64,000 nucleotides of DNA. Source: Verrucomicrobiota bacterium (GTDB taxonomy: Bacteria > Verrucomicrobiota > Verrucomicrobiia > Opitutales > Seribacteraceae). The notes under the pieces were generated by a model, which saw only the letters and a list, made by a program, of their open reading frames with translations, was not told the origin of the DNA and did no database searches. A program made the translations under genes and the position numbers. Where the stretch lies: NCBI GenBank assembly GCA_027622665.1, contig JAQBYT010000001.1, positions 64,001 to 128,000 of the forward strand, written 5' to 3'. Shown here one piece after another: positions 63,101 to 64,000 of the stretch (its first letter is position 1; each line of letters opens with the position of its first letter).

Positions 63101-63621
63101 GCCGCAACGGATTTCGGCACCGACAGCTTATCGGCTGCCGCAGGAAGACTACTCTCGGTCACATGGAAAACGCCAGCAGTTGTCCGGCGATCTCGGACGG
63201 GGTTGTGCAGGACACCCTGCCGCACTCGATACGACTTGATGATGCAGGACTTGAAAAAATTCTTCTCAAGCGGTAACGACACCACCCTGGACAAGCCGTG
63301 TCTGTCCAAGGTAAACGTTTTGTGAGGCAGTTGCGGGGCTTCTTTACCAAAAAAGCGATCCAGAAAATCCTGCATTCGCCTATCGGCCGGGCACAAATGC
63401 CCGGCGAGGAGGCGAGACTGTTCGCGATACTCCTTTATGAGAAAACGGCTCAACCTAAGGGCAGGGTTGGCTTCGGGGTCTCCCACTACGGGCAAACCAA
63501 GCGAGGCAAGCTTTACGTTCGCATAGTCGGACAGCTCCTCGTAATCGTCAGTACCGGGCTGGTAATCCCGATCTAGACCAAAGCGATAATCCTCATCTTC
63601 CTGTGAGTCCTTTCGATTCAT
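60133..63621 (-). CDS. PPi-dependent phosphoenolpyruvate carboxykinase (PEP carboxytransphosphorylase)
   Basis: About 1160 aa. QGVLHNP..DRRTTAGVFH, NLDFVESIFGNAGDP, ADNYFGYCKKEVKTQIS, CHKPCTVSGGGKSEISK, NCEYRLFQRPDDAI, SLTGKSPSTTGAGSEGA.TKGPFN. Confidence 0.85.
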   Translation of the reverse strand: MNRKDSQEDEDYRFGLDRDYQPGTDDYEELSDYANVKLASLGLPVVGDPEANPALRLSRFLIKEYREQSRLLAGHLCPADRRMQDFLDRFFGKEAPQLPHKTFTLDRHGLSRVVSLPLEKNFFKSCIIKSYRVRQGVLHNPVRDRRTTAGVFHVTESSLPAAADKLSVPKSVAAGLFRAAFDAPRDSLLLPFSAESEEPAYGWTSLLLRPVVCPEVDGFVREKSLETRFFAPASCVANLDFVESIFGNAGDPFLIENDAGLDVENWTGHTGCVVVAPHLTNVKKKDLGLPPESKATERQLRDGMFWRDPEELYNDGQPFKLTCRDASGLIFTVLADNYFGYCKKEVKTQISFSANLSGLSEEEHAGGAIVFPSYDLGEEFDPAKILPATPQTYDENRNLYSDLWEERDGGYAVDKRYSSIFYLPKEARFSLREQWVRWNDTDGSDQEISLRPGSVYVLPSGYKVEMKKVETNGPWKLVGTVGEGYLCHKPCTVSGGGKSEISKPLTDAIVSGPVFVADWEEDMALAREILERDYSDRFLKPEAHLIRNRSILSPERSLGSVIKLLTPSETLYTLEYNEWLTNISQRVKDLVLIIKRRHRSELGDEWLKGFSVDSVNGQPANELRYKGQKLITRYLRVGFDENGAWRLFALRKDFIPAVKLIAEDDITASTVAPLGLLYDVGPGSFGESVKFVHNCEYRLFQRPDDAILRGFDKQTEIDLSSPGNFISNFQPLTREEGIAQVEKTLDFEEYTEPMQALIREAAESEEGTNYFVSSANPRLVDGKPSKNPRYLQTRPDLLDPRSVYLARLGTRMRRSLSMDKKVLYPVRAVLPGRRNNAGNAKNGIRPLSCFAPIHYLELPEFFMDCIASLTGKSPSTTGAGSEGAMTKGPFNAILPIHDLNAALVSYAATRQGAFVTSAGCIGPKYKVNHDVSLLIPEIWSRFLKEENDPREMMAQGYLEPVPDFTHNGKTYPSSRLGYRITHRFAHAFLGRIFTDPVSVFPDEMLRPELQDPDEYAESVANVVEAQRDVARRYFEDGSVERACPPLRALLNVMAHGDWEGLGLNDPEFRKLFDADEILASEWYKERLVARLDVTRQYWQGRLDYVTEFLKDETNQETAKRLGLVESREFCASALARLDDTDALDRLYGSLGTDPTLLPERVE

Positions 63622-63828
63622 ATAGCCGATGAAAACAGCGTTTGTCGGGCCGGCGTCAAACGCCAAGTGATAGAAATCGCCATAGATGAAAAGAATTCAC
63701 TCCATATGATGATCGTGACGCCATTGGCTAAAATGAAACCAAACCAACGTAAATCGCTACTGGTTATTCAGGAACTGATTAAAAGGCATGAGCTAAGCTC
63801 CATCGGCAGATTCCCCCGACAATTCCGC

Positions 63829-63857
63829 TTGTACCGCCTCAAACCGTTTGCTAACCT
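63829..63857 (+). promoter_or_regulatory. Putative sigma70 promoter of the tRNA
   Basis: TTGTAC-N17-TAACCT upstream of the tRNA. Confidence 0.45.
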
Positions 63858-63878
63858 CCGAGCATCTCTTTTTTGGAA

Positions 63879-63955
63879 GGGCCCTTAGCTCAGTTGGTTA
63901 GAGCATGCGACTCATAATCGCCAGGTCGTCGGTTCGAGCCCGACAGGGCCCACCA
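63879..63955 (+). tRNA. tRNA with CAT anticodon, probably tRNA-Ile2 (lysidine-modified)
   Basis: 77-nt cloverleaf: GGGCCCT/AGGGCCC acceptor stem, GCGA-CTCATAA-TCGC anticodon arm, GTTCGA T loop, encoded CCA. The first pair is matched (so not the initiator) and the sequence closely resembles recalled Ile2 tRNAs. Confidence 0.9.
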
Positions 63956-64000
63956 TTTCCCCGAGGCAGTCGAGCCTTGTGTGTAGACTCGAAACCTATC

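Noticed and set aside
63879..64000. tRNA as an integration site for an island
   Set aside because: No integrase and no duplicate of the tRNA 3' end were seen in the window, and only 45 bp of downstream sequence is available.

Overview
A gene-dense bacterial chromosomal segment. It is most likely from a PVC-superphylum organism (Verrucomicrobiota, Opitutae-like); this is inferred from DUF1501 and DUF1549/DUF1553 cytochrome genes, GYF_2/LRR proteins and the L32 type. Most of the window is housekeeping: pyrG (5' truncated by the window edge), clpB, nth, a Rieske/cytochrome b-c fusion pair, hppA, an rpmF-plsX-fabH-bamD-lptE-rpe run, uppP, trpD-glmM, smr, hsp20, hrpB-yraN-zwf, gnd, miaB-gmk, dinB, a PPi-type PEP carboxykinase and a CAT-anticodon tRNA (probably Ile2). 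There are four accessory blocks: (i) a decayed islet at about 4.5-7.1 kb with an M.HpaII-like C5 methyltransferase pseudogene and a TIR-TM-WD40 remnant; (ii) a visibly AT-richer ogt / HAD / nucleosidase-like / spore-photoproduct-lyase-like radical SAM run at 39-42 kb; (iii) a planctomycete-type secreted cytochrome cluster (HzsA-like, DUF1549/DUF1553, DUF1501) at 42-51 kb; (iv) secreted hydrolases at 54-60 kb. The most unusual unexplained element is at about 53.76-54.22 kb: a structured leader with an Arg-rich mini-ORF and an intrinsic terminator, placed directly before a stand-alone 82-aa protein that resembles an integrase arm-type nucleic-acid-binding domain. Also seen were sigma54-type promoters at clpB and hsp20, several apparently leaderless sigma70-type promoters, and a 10-bp triple repeat before hppA. 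No CRISPR array, rRNA, integrase or transposase was seen. All family assignments come from recalled motifs; no database search was run.
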